Assembly (NCBI GenBank): GCA_016839555.1
Contig: JAEOUA010000010.1
Span: 384,001 to 448,000, forward strand
DNA length: 64,000 bases
Source of the DNA: Promethearchaeota archaeon
Lineage (GTDB): Archaea; Asgardarchaeota; Lokiarchaeia; Sigyniarchaeales; SOKP01
Direction of reading: 5' to 3'
Part shown: piece by piece, positions 51,842 through 62,348 of the stretch
Numbering within the stretch: position 1 is the stretch's first letter
Layout of the letters: every line of letters starts with the position of its first letter
Notes under the pieces: model-generated
Seen by the model: the letters and a program-made list of their open reading frames with translations, nothing else
What the model was told of the DNA's origin: nothing
Databases searched by the model: none
Made by a program: the position numbers and the translations under genes

Positions 51842-53212
51842 TTGAAAATAACATTTATAGGCGCAGGTTCTCTAGTTTTTGGAAAAAACTTGCTTACAGA
51901 TCTCCTTTTATTTCCAGCACTCCAAGAAGACACTATATTATGTCTAGAAGATATTCATGCCGAGAGATTAGATTTAATGTTTCGGTACATAAAAAATTTC
52001 AAGGAAGATTATTTCGACGACAAAGATATAATAATTGAAAAAACTACAAATCAAAGGGAAGCTATTGAGGACGCGAAATATGTGATTAATTCTATACATG
52101 TTGGTGGACTTGAAGCGTTTAAATTAGATGTCGAAATTCCTTTTAAATACGGAGTTACTCAGACCGTAGGAGATACTATCGGTCCTGGTGGTGTTTTCCG
52201 CTTCCTACGCGCGACAAGCACCTTAAAATCAATTCTGCAAGACATGCAAGAAATCGGACACAATGCCAATAACAACGGGGTAAAACCTTTACTCTTAAAC
52301 TACGCCAATCCAATGGCCATGAACACTTGGTTTTGCAACTCGCTCGTTCCAGATTCTACGGTTGGTCTATGTCACGGAGTTCAAGGAACAGCGAGATTAC
52401 TACAGAATTGGTGTGGTTTAAAACATGAAGAATTTAGTTTTTTCTGCGCAGGTATTAATCACATGGCTTGGTTCCTTGAAGTATGGTATAAAGATTCAGG
52501 AGATCCGAATGCAAAATGGCAGGATGCCTACCCTTTGATTTATAAAACTCTTGAAGAAGATCCAAAGAGAGGGAAATCTGAAAAAGTACGCATAGATATG
52601 ATGAAAGCAGCCGGTGGATATTTCATGACAGAGTCATCCCGACATCTAAGCGAGTATGTACCTTATTATCGTAAAATTCCTGATTTTCTAGAAAAATTTC
52701 AAGGGGATATTTCGGGTTTACTAGGGCAAGCTGATGATTATTTAATGCAAGTTAAGTTGCAAGGCAGATTCGAGAAACGTTTAATAAGAGCAATGAAGCG
52801 CCCAAAACTTCCCTATAAGAAAGCACCTACAGGAGAATATGCTCCATTCATCATTAATGCCATGGAAACGAACGTACCGTTTCGATTTAATGGAAATGTA
52901 ATTAACAAAGAGAGAAGTTTAATTACTAATCTTCCTAATGGATGTTGCGTTGAAGTTCCTGTTTTTGCCGATAACCATGGATTACATCCTCAAGGAGGAA
53001 TTACCCTACCAACCATATGTCAAGCGTTGTGTACTTCAAATATCATGGTACAAAAAGCGGCAGTTGAAGGCGTCCTCGAAATGAATCGAGAGAAGATTTA
53101 TCACGCAATATTACTCGATCCTAATACAGCTAGTGTGTGTTCAACAACACAAATCAGTGAAATGGTTGAAGAAATGTTCGAAGCCGAAGCAAAATGGATT
53201 CCTAAATTCTAA
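51842..53212 (+). CDS. Glycoside hydrolase family 4 (alpha-galactosidase/glucosidase)
   Basis: IGAGS, GDTIGPGG, NYANP, GLCHG, AGINH and TESS.H.SEY motifs. Confidence 0.9.
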   Translation: MKITFIGAGSLVFGKNLLTDLLLFPALQEDTILCLEDIHAERLDLMFRYIKNFKEDYFDDKDIIIEKTTNQREAIEDAKYVINSIHVGGLEAFKLDVEIPFKYGVTQTVGDTIGPGGVFRFLRATSTLKSILQDMQEIGHNANNNGVKPLLLNYANPMAMNTWFCNSLVPDSTVGLCHGVQGTARLLQNWCGLKHEEFSFFCAGINHMAWFLEVWYKDSGDPNAKWQDAYPLIYKTLEEDPKRGKSEKVRIDMMKAAGGYFMTESSRHLSEYVPYYRKIPDFLEKFQGDISGLLGQADDYLMQVKLQGRFEKRLIRAMKRPKLPYKKAPTGEYAPFIINAMETNVPFRFNGNVINKERSLITNLPNGCCVEVPVFADNHGLHPQGGITLPTICQALCTSNIMVQKAAVEGVLEMNREKIYHAILLDPNTASVCSTTQISEMVEEMFEAEAKWIPKF

Positions 53213-53324
53213 ATAATAGAAAAATGTGGTTTTAATGTCTAAAAGAAAAATTTATCTTGAAGGGAAAGGAATAAATTTCTTCTGAAATTAAGGGCGAGAA
53301 GAAAAAAGAAGTGATAATAACAAT

Positions 53325-54878
53325 ATGGAAGAGAAAAACAAAAAGGACAATTTAAAGATATCAATATCACAAATTCTTGGAGATGGTATTTTAAATACTG
53401 ATGTAAGGAATAGGTTAGTAAAGCGAAATCAGTTTTTGAAAAGGGAACCTGAAAGCGAACCACTTCCTCAATTTTCTGAAATTGAAAATTTATTACCTCA
53501 ACCTATTTGGGACGGTCATCAAGATGTTTTAGATTGTTATTGGAAAACGTGGGAAATTGGTTTTTCAAATTTAAAGAAACCTCAACAAAATAGTGGTTTT
53601 ATTACAAATTTTATTGATACAGCGTTCAATACTGATATTTTCATGTGGGACTCTGTCTTTATTGTAATGTTTGGCCGTTATGGATCTCGAGTATTTAATT
53701 TTCAAAAGACTCTTGATAATTTTTACTCGCATCAACATCCTGACGGATATATCTGTCGACAAATCAGACGATCTGATGGAGCAGAACGCCACACAAAATT
53801 TGAAGTAAGCAGTACAGGACCTAATATCCTCCCATGGGCGGAATGGGAATATTATTTACATTCAGGTAATTTAGAACGTTTAACTGAAGTTTTTTATCCT
53901 CTTTTGGCATATTATCAATGGTTTCGAAGGTGGCGAAGTTGGCAAAATGGCACCTATTTCTCATCAGGATGGGGTTGTGGAATGGATAATCAACCTCGAC
54001 TTCCTGTGAATAATAGAGATAGATTTTGGTTGCATGGTCATATGTCTTGGATTGACACGACCTTACAGCAAATTTTTTCAGGTTCAATCTTAATCAAGAT
54101 GGCAGATATTATAGATGAGCGAAAAAAGGTTAAAGATATCGAGATTGAAATCAGGGAATTAAGCACCTTTGTAAATAATAATATGTGGGACGAAACGAGC
54201 TCCTATTATTTTGATCGCTTTAAGGATGGTTCTTTATCAGATGTTAAAACAATTGGTGCCTATTAGGCATTACTAGCAGACATTATTCCAAAAGAGAGAA
54301 TCTCTGCATTTATTGAACATCTCAAGAACCCAAATGAATTTAATCGCCCACACAGAATTCCATCATTATCTGCAGATCATAAATCATATTATCCTAAAGG
54401 TGCTTATTGGCTAGGTGGCGTATGGGCTCCTACAAACTACATGGTGTTGAAAGGTTTAAATTTGATTGGAGAGGATACATTGGCACATGAAATTGCTCTT
54501 AATCACTTAGAAAATGTCGTTCATGTCTATAAGGACACTCAGACTGTTTGGGAAAATTATGCCCCAGAAAGTAAAGAGCCCGGTAGTACTGCTAAAGATG
54601 ACTTTGTAGGTTGGACAGGGTTAGTGCCTATCAGTGTTTTATTCGAAAATGTATTTGGTATTCGCCCAAATGTACCTAAAAATCAATTAATTTGGGATGT
54701 CCGCCTTCTGGAAAGACATGGCATTAAACAATATCCTTTTGGCAGTGAAAATTTATTGGATTTAGAATGTAAAGCTCGAAAAGATCCATTTGAAGAAGTC
54801 GAGATCAACGCAACCTCTAATCAACCAGTTTCATTATTAGTTAGATGGGCGGGCGGAGAAAAGACAATAAATTTTTGA
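53325..54878 (+). pseudogene. GH63/trehalase-like (MGH1-like) glycoside hydrolase with one in-frame TAG at 54264-54266
   Basis: FMWDS and GMDNQPR motifs; KTIGAY*ALLADII continues in frame to YWLGGVWAPTNY...WENYAPE...DFVGWTG; 517 sense-position codons in total. Confidence 0.75.
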
Positions 54879-54954
54879 TTTAAATGATGGATTGGAAGTA
54901 TAAACTTTCTCAGTAAAAAAATTAAAAAGAATGAAATAAGAATTATCTTAATAA

Positions 54955-55815
54955 TTATTCAAATAATTCCTTAAATTTAGGCAAACATTCCCTATATCCA
55001 TCTTCATATGTACCATTTAATGGGTGGTAAACACTCTCCAAACTTACAACCCCTTGATAATTATCTCGTTTTAAAGCTTTTGCGATAGGCTCGAGATAAG
55101 GCGCAACATCGCCCATTCCAAGTGGGCAGAAATTAACTGTAGCTCTTGAAATATTCGCAACACAGTCTTTAAGATGAATATGTCCAATATAATCTTTTAT
55201 TTCTTCATATGCATCTGGATAAGGAATTTCTGTGCAATACATGGTATTTGGAATATCCCAAATAATTTTCATGTAGTCAGTTCCCAAATCATCAATCATT
55301 TTCTTTCCAAGCCAACCGGAAGTGATCATTGCATTATTCCCTGTTTCAACCGCTATAATAATATCCTCATCTTCTGCAAGCTTTGCAACCGGTTTCATAA
55401 GTTCAATGAATGAATCCCATGCTCCACTACTTACAACCCATTTTTCTGCACCATATCCACCAAAGATTATCATCTCTTTTCGACCACTCATGATTCTTAC
55501 AATTGGGCAATCTAAATCCTTAGCAATTTTAATATTTCGTTTTAATGAATCGAAATGTTTTTGATAAACTGGATCACCTACTTTTGTAGATTTGACAGGG
55601 ATACCACCAAATATATGCCTGCTAAGGCATGATAAATTTATGTTATATTGAAAAAGTAAATCCTCAACTTTCTTATATTCTTCATCAGTATGATCCCCAA
55701 TTTCCTTATCCCAAAAGAATTGAAGCTCAGCATATTCCATTCCAGTTTCATTCATTACTTTGAAAGCATATTCAAGATCTCTGCTAATTCCATCTGTAAT
55801 AACGCCATGTTTCAT
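54955..55815 (-). CDS. Sugar phosphate isomerase/epimerase (xylose isomerase-like TIM barrel)
   Basis: VET, WD..N, HIHLKD and SLE metal-ligand pattern. Confidence 0.82.
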   Translation of the reverse strand: MKHGVITDGISRDLEYAFKVMNETGMEYAELQFFWDKEIGDHTDEEYKKVEDLLFQYNINLSCLSRHIFGGIPVKSTKVGDPVYQKHFDSLKRNIKIAKDLDCPIVRIMSGRKEMIIFGGYGAEKWVVSSGAWDSFIELMKPVAKLAEDEDIIIAVETGNNAMITSGWLGKKMIDDLGTDYMKIIWDIPNTMYCTEIPYPDAYEEIKDYIGHIHLKDCVANISRATVNFCPLGMGDVAPYLEPIAKALKRDNYQGVVSLESVYHPLNGTYEDGYRECLPKFKELFE

Positions 55816-55821
55816 CTCTAT

Positions 55822-56724
55822 CTACTCCTCCACTTTTCCTTTGACTTCTATTCCCGCTATTTGTTCAAGAAGCTTCACAATTGACCAATTATCACCTTCT
55901 GGAAATAAAGAAAAACCCGCTCGGAACAATTCATAAGCAGCAGCAGTAGTGCTCATCATTACCCCATTATCTTTTGCCATTTTCATGGAAATACCTAAGT
56001 CTTTATACATGGTTCCGATATGACTACCTGTCTTCTCAAACTTTCTTTCCATGATTAATTTTGCACAATTTTTAAAAAGATTACTAGAAACACTGCTTGT
56101 ACTAAAGACTTTGTATAATACCTCAGCTGGTACACCCGATTTTACACCAAGAACTAGAGATTCAAATATTGCTGTAAAGCTTGAACCGATTAATGCTTGA
56201 AGTGAAGCTTTTGCGGTTTGCCCCATTCCAATTTTATCCCCAATATAGTGGATGTCTTTAGCCACAGCTTCAAAAACTGGTTTACAATCCTCAAAAACTT
56301 CTTTTTTAGCTACTGTCATGAAGGTTAAAGTCCCATTCTCAGCACCGGATTTACCGCCACTGACAGGCGTATCAACAAGATTAATACCCTTACTAAGGAT
56401 TGGTTCTTCAAGCTCAATCACTTCAGGTGGATTAATTGTTGCGGATACAACAATAGTAGATCCTTCCTTCATGCCCACAAGCAATCCATCTTTTCCAAAG
56501 ACCACTTCTTTCACTTGGGCGCCATTAAGAACCATAATAAATACGATGTTTGATTTTTCACCAACTTCTCTGCAACTTGCAGCAGGTTTACCTCCTAATT
56601 TAGATAACATCTCAAGACGATCTGCTTTAAGATCATATCCTGTGAGTTCAAATCCGTTTTTAATGAGATTTTTGGCCATTCCGATACCCATATTGCCAAG
56701 ACCAATTATACCAACTTTTTTCAT
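55822..56724 (-). CDS. NAD(P)-dependent beta-hydroxyacid dehydrogenase (3-hydroxyisobutyrate/L-threonate DH family)
   Basis: GIIGLGNMG, DTPVSGG..GA..GTL, catalytic K and KDL motifs. Confidence 0.88.
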   Translation of the reverse strand: MKKVGIIGLGNMGIGMAKNLIKNGFELTGYDLKADRLEMLSKLGGKPAASCREVGEKSNIVFIMVLNGAQVKEVVFGKDGLLVGMKEGSTIVVSATINPPEVIELEEPILSKGINLVDTPVSGGKSGAENGTLTFMTVAKKEVFEDCKPVFEAVAKDIHYIGDKIGMGQTAKASLQALIGSSFTAIFESLVLGVKSGVPAEVLYKVFSTSSVSSNLFKNCAKLIMERKFEKTGSHIGTMYKDLGISMKMAKDNGVMMSTTAAAYELFRAGFSLFPEGDNWSIVKLLEQIAGIEVKGKVEE

Positions 56725-56851
56725 AAAATCACGCTAAAATTGTTATTGAGATATAAATTTTTCAGTTGAATTAAATTTAAGCATTTTGAAGTCAGTTAAG
56801 AAGTTAAAAATATAAATTTTTTATTGATAAAAAATTACATCTGAAATAATA

Positions 56852-58012
56852 ATGAATAAGTTTAAAAGGAAATTAATGAACCTCGGTCTTAAATATGTAA
56901 AACCAAGGATCCATGATAAAAAGGTTCAACACATAATTAAGGACTACAATCTGCCAGATCCTCTAATTTTCCAAAATGGAGAGAAAGTCATTGATAAAAA
57001 ACAATGGATCGAGAAGAGAAGGGCAGAAATCTTACACTTATTTAAAGAAAATGTATATGGAAAAATCCCAACTGAAGCGGTTGAAACCAATTATAATATT
57101 ATAAATGAAGATAAAAAAGCACTAAATGGATTTGCTACAAGAAAGGCAATCAAAATAACTTTTAGGCGTGGTAGACGACAGATTGATGCCAAATTGCAAA
57201 TATATGTACCAAATAATGTAGATAGGCCTGTCCCTGCTTTTGTAGGCCTACCAAATTGGTGGCTTGGTTACAAGAGAAGTCTTTGGCCATTCAAGCATGT
57301 TATCCAAAGGGGATATGCACTCGCAACAGCAAGATTTGGGGATTTTGATCCTAATAGTGATAATTTTAAAAATGGTGTTCATCCTTTGTTTTACAAAGAA
57401 GGACAAACTCGACCATTAGAAAATGAATGGGGTACTATTGGAGCATGGTCTTGGGGGCTAATAGAACTCATGAATTATTTTGAATCGGATTCTGATATTG
57501 ATCAGAACCGTATAGCCGTGTTAGGGCACTCTCGAATGGGAAAGGCCGCTTTATGGGCTGGTGTTAATGATGAACGTTTCTCAATTGTCATATCAAATAA
57601 TTCGGGCTGTTGTGGAGCTGCGTTATTTCGTAGAAAAATTGGAGAGACGATTAAAATGATTAATGAATGTTTTCCACATTGGTTATGTTTTAATTTTAAG
57701 AAATATAATAATAGAGAATTTAATCTTCCTGTAGATCAGCACATACTTATAGCTTTGGTTGCACCTCGACCCGTTTATATTGCTAGCGGACAAGACGACA
57801 TTTGGGCTGATCCTATAGGGGAATTTCTTTCTGCAAAGCATGCAGATCCTGTATATAAATTGCTCGGAACTACAGGATTGGGTACTGATAAAATGCCTAA
57901 AATTAATGAGCCTATAATGAGTACGATTGGTTATCATATTCGGCAAGGAGGACATAAATTATCCTTATATGATTGGCATAGATATATGGATTTTGCTGAT
58001 TTGTATCTTTAA
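56852..58012 (+). CDS. Carbohydrate esterase family 15 (glucuronoyl esterase-like)
   Basis: LPDPL, GTIGAWSWG, GHSRMGKAAL, SGCCG, LPVDQH..IAL.APRP and WADP.GE motifs. Confidence 0.85.
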   Translation: MNKFKRKLMNLGLKYVKPRIHDKKVQHIIKDYNLPDPLIFQNGEKVIDKKQWIEKRRAEILHLFKENVYGKIPTEAVETNYNIINEDKKALNGFATRKAIKITFRRGRRQIDAKLQIYVPNNVDRPVPAFVGLPNWWLGYKRSLWPFKHVIQRGYALATARFGDFDPNSDNFKNGVHPLFYKEGQTRPLENEWGTIGAWSWGLIELMNYFESDSDIDQNRIAVLGHSRMGKAALWAGVNDERFSIVISNNSGCCGAALFRRKIGETIKMINECFPHWLCFNFKKYNNREFNLPVDQHILIALVAPRPVYIASGQDDIWADPIGEFLSAKHADPVYKLLGTTGLGTDKMPKINEPIMSTIGYHIRQGGHKLSLYDWHRYMDFADLYL

Positions 58013-58604
58013 TGCGCATCTAATTGGAAAAAGATTTTCTGGGAATTTTACGTCCTACCTTCTGGGTGTCAATTTTTTCATTCATTTTATTTTTATTTCA
58101 CCTGTTTACCGCATTTTACCATAAATTTACTCTATTTTCTTATTTTTCTTTGCCCTACTATTTTTTCGGTTTTCATCTATAAAAATATTAAATTTTAGTT
58201 TGATTTTTTCTTATATTTTCGTATTTTACTCAAAATCAAAATCTACATTTGAAGAATAAAGGTATAATTCCGATAAGCTTCAATAATAAATTCAACTACA
58301 GTATCATTAATTCTTTTGAATTATAAATTATAATTTTAAGTTAACTTTCTCTCCTTGATATTCTATCGTAGCCCCAATTCTACCTGATGGTGAAATTCCA
58401 AAACCATTCTGTTCATTCACCAAAATTATATTTGATAGTTTTGACATCTTAAATCAGAACTCTTTTCTTTTTTTCTAAACTAATAGTCTTAAATAATACT
58501 CTTAAAATATTATTAAATTTTTGGTTATATAATCATAGATCTAATTAGAAATAATTTTTTATTAAAAAAAGGAAAAAGAATAAAATAACATAAATATTTA
58601 AGAA

Positions 58605-59419
58605 TTGATTACAATGTCTAAAAGAAAGAATAACAGTAGGCAAGAAAGAGATAGTACAATCCATAAAGTTCCATTTAGTCAAAAGGCTTATTATGGAATT
58701 TCAATGGCAGGATTTACATTTATAGGGAGTATGATTGATGGGGCAATGTTAAAATTATATACCGATTTTATATTATTTCCCGCTCTTTTGTTTGGAATCG
58801 TGCAATTATTATTTTCAATTATAAATGCCATTAATGATCCGATAATAGGATATTTTTCAGATCGAACTACACCTGTTGAAGGGAAAGGAAAACGAAAGAT
58901 ATGGTTATTTAGAGCCATTCCTCTAGTGGCTATTGGATATTTTTTAATGATTTTCATGAATCCCGACGTTCCTCACATGGCAATCTTTATTTTTTTACTT
59001 ATTGGCCTAGTTCTTCATGACACTGGACATGCCATGAATAGTATTAATAGAGGAGCCCTTATGATTACGGTCACGGATGATGATATTGAGAGAGCTTCAT
59101 TTGCAACAATAAGCTTAGTATTCCAAACAATTTTAGGTATTATTTCTTACCTGTTAATATTGCTATTTGTTATAGGAACTACTCCTTTATGGGTTCTCTA
59201 TATCTTGTTTACTATTGTGGGAGTTATTGGTATGGGAGTTGCATTTTTAGGTGTGAGTGGGATAAAAGAACCTTCCAAATTATACTACGGACAAACATTT
59301 CCTAAATTTAAACAATTAATAAAGGAAGTTTTTAAATCGAAATCATTTATTTTTTCATCATTCTTCAATTTGTAGTGGGTGCCGTTACCTCGACAGTTAT
59401 AACCTTTCAGGTTTTTTAA
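58605..59419 (+). pseudogene. Truncated MFS/GPH transporter (N-terminal half; frameshift in T-run 59350-59355)
   Basis: NAINDPIIGYFSDR motif; only about 6-7 TM segments; adding one T continues FIILQFVVGAVTSTVITFQVF until a stop at 59417-59419. Confidence 0.7.
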
Positions 59420-59426
59420 CGCTCAG

Positions 59427-60476
59427 ATGATTAGCATGTTTCAAAAAAATCCTTCTTTTTTCATAAAAATCCTTCAAGATCCTCGTATTCTTGAAAAAAT
59501 TGTGGGAGGATCGTTTAAAAAAGCTACTAGCCTTCATAAAAAATTTAATTATGATATGTTTATGGCTCTTCCTGGTGTTCCAATGATTTGTTCATTCGAA
59601 AAAATAATGCAAGATTTCACTATTGAAGAAAATAATAAAGTGATAAGAGGACCAGATGGGAGACTTGTATGGCGTACCAGCCCTGATGGAGCACATACAA
59701 GACATGGATTTATGCAATCTCCTGAAGATTGGGAGAAATATATGGAATTTGATGCTGATCATCGTGGAAATTATGCCTTAGTAAAAAGCACAGTTAAAGC
59801 GTGTAAGGAAATGTCAATTTGTCCTTTTTTTTTCCTATTTGGATCTGGCTTCTTTGAAGAATTATGTGGCATGTTTGGATTTGAAACATTATTCAAGCTA
59901 TTAATAAAGGATAAGAACTTCATTAAAAAAGCTGTTAAAGAAATGAGCGAATATACCATCTCAGTAGGAGAGAAAATTATTGAAGAAGGGGGCGAATATG
60001 TATATATGAGCAATGATTTAGGACTTAAAGGAACAAGTATCATTTCACCTCGCATGTTCAGAGAACTCTTCAAACCAAGTATCAAGAAGTTCTGCAATAA
60101 AATACATAACTGTGGGGGCAAGGTATTGATGCATTCTTGTGGGTATGTGATGAACCTGCTTCCAGATTTTGTTGAGATGGGAATTGATGCCCTCCATCCA
60201 ATAGAAAAGGCTGCGGGAAATGATATAGTAGATATAAAGAAAAAATATGGAAAAGACTTAACATTAATAGGAAATGTTCCCATTCCTCTATTAAGTCATG
60301 GAACTCCAGAAGAAGTCACTGAATACGTGAAATATCTGTTAGAAAATGTGTCTAAAGAGGGGGGGCATATTTTTTCTTCATCACATTCCATAACCAAATG
60401 GTGCAAGTTAGAAAACTTTTTAGCCTACAGCAAGGCAGTTAATGATTTTGGAACATATCCCATCAAAATTAGTTAA
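59427..60476 (+). CDS. Uroporphyrinogen decarboxylase / MtaA-CmuA-like family protein, possibly N-terminally truncated
   Basis: NDLG...ISPRMFRE, HSCG, LHPIE, GNV and SSSHSI motifs; lacks the usual N-terminal xDRVP segment. Confidence 0.75.
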   Translation: MISMFQKNPSFFIKILQDPRILEKIVGGSFKKATSLHKKFNYDMFMALPGVPMICSFEKIMQDFTIEENNKVIRGPDGRLVWRTSPDGAHTRHGFMQSPEDWEKYMEFDADHRGNYALVKSTVKACKEMSICPFFFLFGSGFFEELCGMFGFETLFKLLIKDKNFIKKAVKEMSEYTISVGEKIIEEGGEYVYMSNDLGLKGTSIISPRMFRELFKPSIKKFCNKIHNCGGKVLMHSCGYVMNLLPDFVEMGIDALHPIEKAAGNDIVDIKKKYGKDLTLIGNVPIPLLSHGTPEEVTEYVKYLLENVSKEGGHIFSSSHSITKWCKLENFLAYSKAVNDFGTYPIKIS

Positions 60477-60821
60477 AAAAAAGGATAAATATTTCCCATA
60501 AAACAAATTATTTTTTATCATTCATTTTCTTGATTTTATAAGATAATTTTAGAAATTCATTAAAAAATCATTAACTTCTGGTTTTTTCTTTAGGAATGCA
60601 AAAAGACTCGATCTTTTCTAATTAAAGGAGTTAAATGAAAATTATACTAAATACATAAATCCAATCCCCGCCTAATTATTACTTTAAATGATTTTTAAAT
60701 GAAAAACCCTTACTTAACAAAATAGTTATAATTAACAAGATGTCTGGTTAATTGGACAAAAATTAGACAATCACGAAAGATAGCTTCGTCAGTTTTGAAT
60801 TAGTAAGGTAAAATAAAAACA

Positions 60822-62147
60822 TTATTTAAAATTAGGTAAATATTTTTTTTGTACTCCCTTCATCTCATTAAATATTGCTTCAGCCATTTCAAAACTGCCA
60901 CAATTCACATCAATTGCTAAACAATCAATTGCTAGTTGCTTCGATTCTTGCAATATAGCCTCAACACATAAATCTTGAATAGAAGCTTCTATACGTAAGA
61001 TTGCCGCAATATTTTTAGGAATGTTCCCCAATTTTACTCCATGAACCCCCTCCTTATTTACAGTTCCGGAACATTCGATTACAAGATCTTGAGGAAGGTT
61101 GTCGATAATCCCATTATTGGGTATATTAACAGCAATTTCATAAGAATTACTATCTTTTATTATAGCTTCGATTATGGGGATTGCTCTCTCTCCAGATGGT
61201 TCTTTCAATAACATACCTTTTTTAGGATATCTTCCTTTCTTTAATCTTTTATGATACCTCTTGAATCGATCAGTACCCCCTTTATTGGCTTGTTCCATCA
61301 TTGTAATCCAGTCTGTTAAATCTTGTTGTGTAGTATATTGAGATCCTATCTGTAAATATTCACAAATATGATTATCGCCGACATAAGGAAACCATCCAAA
61401 CATTTTATATATCTCAAATGTAAGATCAGCAAAATGAAATCTATCCCACTTATCTTTAAAATACTCCATACATTTTATATTAAATTCAGGGATTAAATCA
61501 ACACCGGATTTTAAATCTTTTAATCCAAGTAAAAAGGCAAAATGATTAAGTCCTCCAGTAATTAGCTGCATCTCATTTAAATCTCTATTCAACATAGCTT
61601 GTATGTGATGCGAAGTTAAAAGTCCTATTTGGTGGCAAAGGCCAAGCATTTTCAATTTAGGAACCTCTCTTTTCAACGCAAGACATATACGTGATACAGG
61701 ATTTGAATAATTTATAAAGAAAGCATCAGGACATATTCTTTGAACATCTTTAGCTATCTTGACAATTTCTGGAATTTGACGGGCACTATGGAAGAATCCT
61801 CCCGCACCACCATTTTCACCCATTCTTTCAGTAGTCCCATGTTTTCTTGGGATTGTATTATCTTGCCAACGTAATTCAAATCGATCTCCATGTTCTGTAG
61901 AATTAATAATAAAATCTGCTCCTTTTAAAGCTTTTTCTCTATTTGTTGTAGATTCTATCGTAAATTTATTTCCAATTTTCTTATTATCTTCTGATACAAC
62001 CTCGTACACCATCTGTAATTTATTTTCGTCTGTATCGACGAGCGTAATTGTAGAACCATCCAAAATCTCACTTCGGTTCAAGTCAATGAAGGTGGGTGGG
62101 CCAAAAGCAGGGCTCCCTGCTCCAATTAAAACAATTTTTATATCCAT
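60822..62147 (-). CDS. Glycoside hydrolase family 4
   Basis: IGAGS, GENGGAGG, NYSNP, GLCH, GLNH and GD.HICEY motifs. Confidence 0.9.
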   Translation of the reverse strand: MDIKIVLIGAGSPAFGPPTFIDLNRSEILDGSTITLVDTDENKLQMVYEVVSEDNKKIGNKFTIESTTNREKALKGADFIINSTEHGDRFELRWQDNTIPRKHGTTERMGENGGAGGFFHSARQIPEIVKIAKDVQRICPDAFFINYSNPVSRICLALKREVPKLKMLGLCHQIGLLTSHHIQAMLNRDLNEMQLITGGLNHFAFLLGLKDLKSGVDLIPEFNIKCMEYFKDKWDRFHFADLTFEIYKMFGWFPYVGDNHICEYLQIGSQYTTQQDLTDWITMMEQANKGGTDRFKRYHKRLKKGRYPKKGMLLKEPSGERAIPIIEAIIKDSNSYEIAVNIPNNGIIDNLPQDLVIECSGTVNKEGVHGVKLGNIPKNIAAILRIEASIQDLCVEAILQESKQLAIDCLAIDVNCGSFEMAEAIFNEMKGVQKKYLPNFK

Positions 62148-62348
62148 TATATATCTTCAAATGAGAATAGAAAAATAAAATTCCTTAATTCTATTAAAAT
62201 GAAAAAAATAGTATCTAAAAACCTCTAAAAAATATAATTTATTTAATCTAATAACTCTCATAAATGTATCTTTATTTTATAACCGATTGATAAATAAGCA
62301 ATCAAATTATGATGAAAATGAATAATAGAAAGAGATAAGGTTAAAATT

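Noticed and set aside
53235-53313. Tiny ORF or remnant between the GH4 and GH63-like genes
   Set aside because: It is only 16 codons as written; extending it needs both a frameshift and a stop repair, so it is unsupported.
58230-58447. Minus-strand short ORF broken by an AATTATAA-T-TTATAATT palindrome, tested as a second BHB intron
   Set aside because: No 4-bp central helix with two 3-nt bulges can be formed. It is probably a degraded gene remnant that I cannot identify.
60770-60795. Hammerhead ribozyme (CTGACGA on the minus strand)
   Set aside because: The required GAAA after stem II and the stem I/III arrangement are absent.
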